From a virus (Duplodnaviria > Heunggongvirae > Uroviricota > Caudoviricetes), in IMG/VR virus record IMGVR_UViG_3300025429_000011, positions 18,527 through 82,526 of that record: 64,000 nucleotides of DNA. One strand, written 5' to 3'. A program made the position numbers and the translations under genes. Under the pieces are notes generated by a model. That model did no database searches. It worked only from the letters and a program-made list of their open reading frames with translations, and was not told the origin of the DNA. Each line of letters opens with the position of its first letter. Positions within the stretch are counted from its first letter, which is position 1. Below are positions 62,803 through 64,000 of this stretch, piece by piece.

Positions 62803-63876
62803 ATGGAAATTAAAATTGATTTAGAATTATTGCGCTCTAAGAAAATTTTCTTAGCTACACCAATGTATGGTGGTAATTGTAACGGCATGTATACCCGTTC
62901 ATTGTGTGACTTGACCGCTATGTGTGTTAAGTATGGTATTGAACTTCGTTCTTACTTTCTTTTCAACGAGTCCTTGATTACACGTGCTCGTAACTATTGT
63001 GTTGACGAGTTTATGCGTTCAGGTGCAGATCACCTTCTATTCATTGACTCTGACATTGGATTTAATCCACAAGACGTTATTGCTATGATGGCATTGCAAG
63101 CAGCAGAACCAGAGAAGTATAATGTTATTGGTGGTCCATATCCTAAGAAGTGTATTACATGGGAAAAGATTCTTGCTGCTGTTAATAAAGGTGTAGCAGA
63201 TCAAAATCCTAATCAGTTAGAAGATTTCGTCGGTGATTTTGTTTTTAATCCAGTTATTACAGGTGAGCAGACTTCTATTCGTCTTGATGAGCCAGCTGAA
63301 GTTCTTGAGATCGGTACAGGCTTTATGATGGTAACACGTGATACTTTCTTGACATTTGAAAAAGAGTATCCACAGTATTCCTATAAACCAGATCATGTTC
63401 GCACCGAAGCCTTTGATGGTTCACGTGAAATTATGATGTACTTCCAGGCTGAAAAAGATGGTTTAGATTATGGCAAGTTCTATGCTGACGGTATGCAGAA
63501 AATTGCCGCTATGCGTCTCAACGATCCTGATCTAGTACAAGCAGAAATTGAAAAGTTAATGGCAACTGCTATTGAAATGGATTCAAGAACTTCTAAGCGT
63601 TATCTCTCAGAGGATTATTGGTTCTGTCAATTAGTTCGCCGTATTGGATTGAAAGTCTGGTTGTGCCCTTGGATGCACTTACAGCATGCTGGTACATATG
63701 TGTTTGCTGGTAAGCTACCTGCATTAGCTTCAATTGGTGCATCTGCAACTGCTGATGCTGCTCTTCTTAATAAATTTAAGAACGGCGGTGTAGCTAAACC
63801 AGCAATCGCACCTTCAAAGTCTACACCGGTCATTGCTAATGATCCTGCTCTTCTTAGCAAGTTTAAGAAGATTTAA
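62803..63876 (+). CDS. GT-A-fold glycosyltransferase-like protein, paralogous to the C-terminal domain of the 1386-4169 glycosyltransferase.
   Basis: KIFLATPMYGG...HLLFIDSDIGFNPQD matches KILIAIPTARN...YLFAVDSDISFAPDT. The C-terminus has a tandem repeat, AALLNKFKNG / PALLSKFKKI. Confidence 0.45.
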   Translation: MEIKIDLELLRSKKIFLATPMYGGNCNGMYTRSLCDLTAMCVKYGIELRSYFLFNESLITRARNYCVDEFMRSGADHLLFIDSDIGFNPQDVIAMMALQAAEPEKYNVIGGPYPKKCITWEKILAAVNKGVADQNPNQLEDFVGDFVFNPVITGEQTSIRLDEPAEVLEIGTGFMMVTRDTFLTFEKEYPQYSYKPDHVRTEAFDGSREIMMYFQAEKDGLDYGKFYADGMQKIAAMRLNDPDLVQAEIEKLMATAIEMDSRTSKRYLSEDYWFCQLVRRIGLKVWLCPWMHLQHAGTYVFAGKLPALASIGASATADAALLNKFKNGGVAKPAIAPSKSTPVIANDPALLSKFKKI

Positions 63877-63893
63877 CAGAAAGTTAATATATT

Positions 63894-64000
63894 ATGAAAT
63901 TAAGTGAACATACAGTTAACATTCTTAAGAATTTCTCTAATATTAATCCAATGTTGTTAGTGAACCCTGGTAGTTCACTAACAACTATGAATATTAATAG
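63894..64000 (+). CDS. 45: Sliding clamp gp45, N-terminal 35 codons (3'-truncated at the window edge).
   Basis: MKLSEHTVNILKNFSNINPMLLV matches T4 gp45 MKLSKDTTALLKNFATINSGIML. Confidence 0.8.
   Translation, partial: MKLSEHTVNILKNFSNINPMLLVNPGSSLTTMNIN

Noticed and set aside
22559-63860. Many 60-110-aa ORFs antisense or out of frame to confidently identified genes (for example 22559-22849, 23078-23326, 28181-28384, 28551-28760, 30050-30262, 30330-30554, 31494-31691, 31940-32158, 32708-32975, 36082-36297, 37440-38048, 42811-43047, 43940-44185, 46895-47095, 48840-49089, 50197-50806, 50848-51069, 54099-54344, 56322-56510, 56636-57066, 58892-59374, 59834-60064, 60861-61049, 61288-61497, 62643-62888, 63627-63860).
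   Set aside because: An AT-rich genome yields long spurious frames. All lie inside genes with strong homology-based support, and their products are Ile/Leu/Lys-rich low-complexity. The 160-aa frame 58892-59374 is antisense to the dpdA/formyltransferase pair and is likewise rejected.

Overview
This window is a contiguous stretch of a T4-like (Tevenvirinae-type) myovirus genome. It is AT-rich, which is typical of marine cyano- or pelagiphage-like T4 relatives, but no host can be assigned from sequence alone.

Gene content, left to right:
(1) 1-22.2 kb: a tail-fibre module. It holds a 5'-truncated fibre with a C-terminal S74-type chaperone domain, and a 927-aa three-domain glycosyltransferase on the opposite strand. 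It also holds a 2207-aa collagen-like (G-X-Y) fibre with two families of internal repeats, and several paralogous collagen-like and Gly-rich fibre proteins. A LamG-like protein and a fibre-tip protein with His-x-His motifs complete it.
(2) 22.2-38.5 kb: the conserved T4 late core, all on the + strand. It runs GH19 lysozyme, gp13, gp14, gp15, gp16, gp17 terminase, gp18 sheath, gp19 tube and gp20 portal. Three unassigned genes follow (acidic, His/Lys-rich Zn-ribbon and Lys-rich), then the gp21 protease, gp22 scaffold and gp23 major capsid protein. T4-type late promoters (TATAAATA or AATAAATA) precede many of these genes, and a strong bidirectional terminator follows gp23.
(3) 38.5-43.4 kb: a minus-strand island of 12 small or unknown genes. 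It includes a Tat-signal protein, a possibly SPFH-like membrane protein, an NAD-dependent sugar epimerase and a SWIM zinc-finger protein. It ends at a divergent control region that contains a perfect 23-bp inverted repeat.
(4) 43.5-51.5 kb: gp3-like, UvsY, UvsW, gp55, gp47 and gp46.
(5) 51.6-63.9 kb: a hyperplastic insertion between gp46 and gp45. It carries a PP-loop ATPase, a cupin, a peptide deformylase, and a complete 7-deazaguanine module. That module comprises QueE, QueD, FolE, QueC and QueF, a DpdA-like DNA transglycosylase, a PurN-like formyltransferase, and a class-II glutamine amidotransferase translationally coupled to QueC. An HNH plus PD-(D/E)xK nuclease pair is embedded in it, followed by a Dcd/Dut-like protein and a GT-A-like glycosyltransferase.
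(6) The window ends in the first 35 codons of the gp45 sliding clamp.

The most notable candidate system is the deazaguanine DNA-hypermodification module. Its combination of QueF, formyltransferase and split QueC-GATase predicts formylated-preQ1-type or mixed G modifications of the phage DNA. No tRNA, rRNA or CRISPR feature was found.
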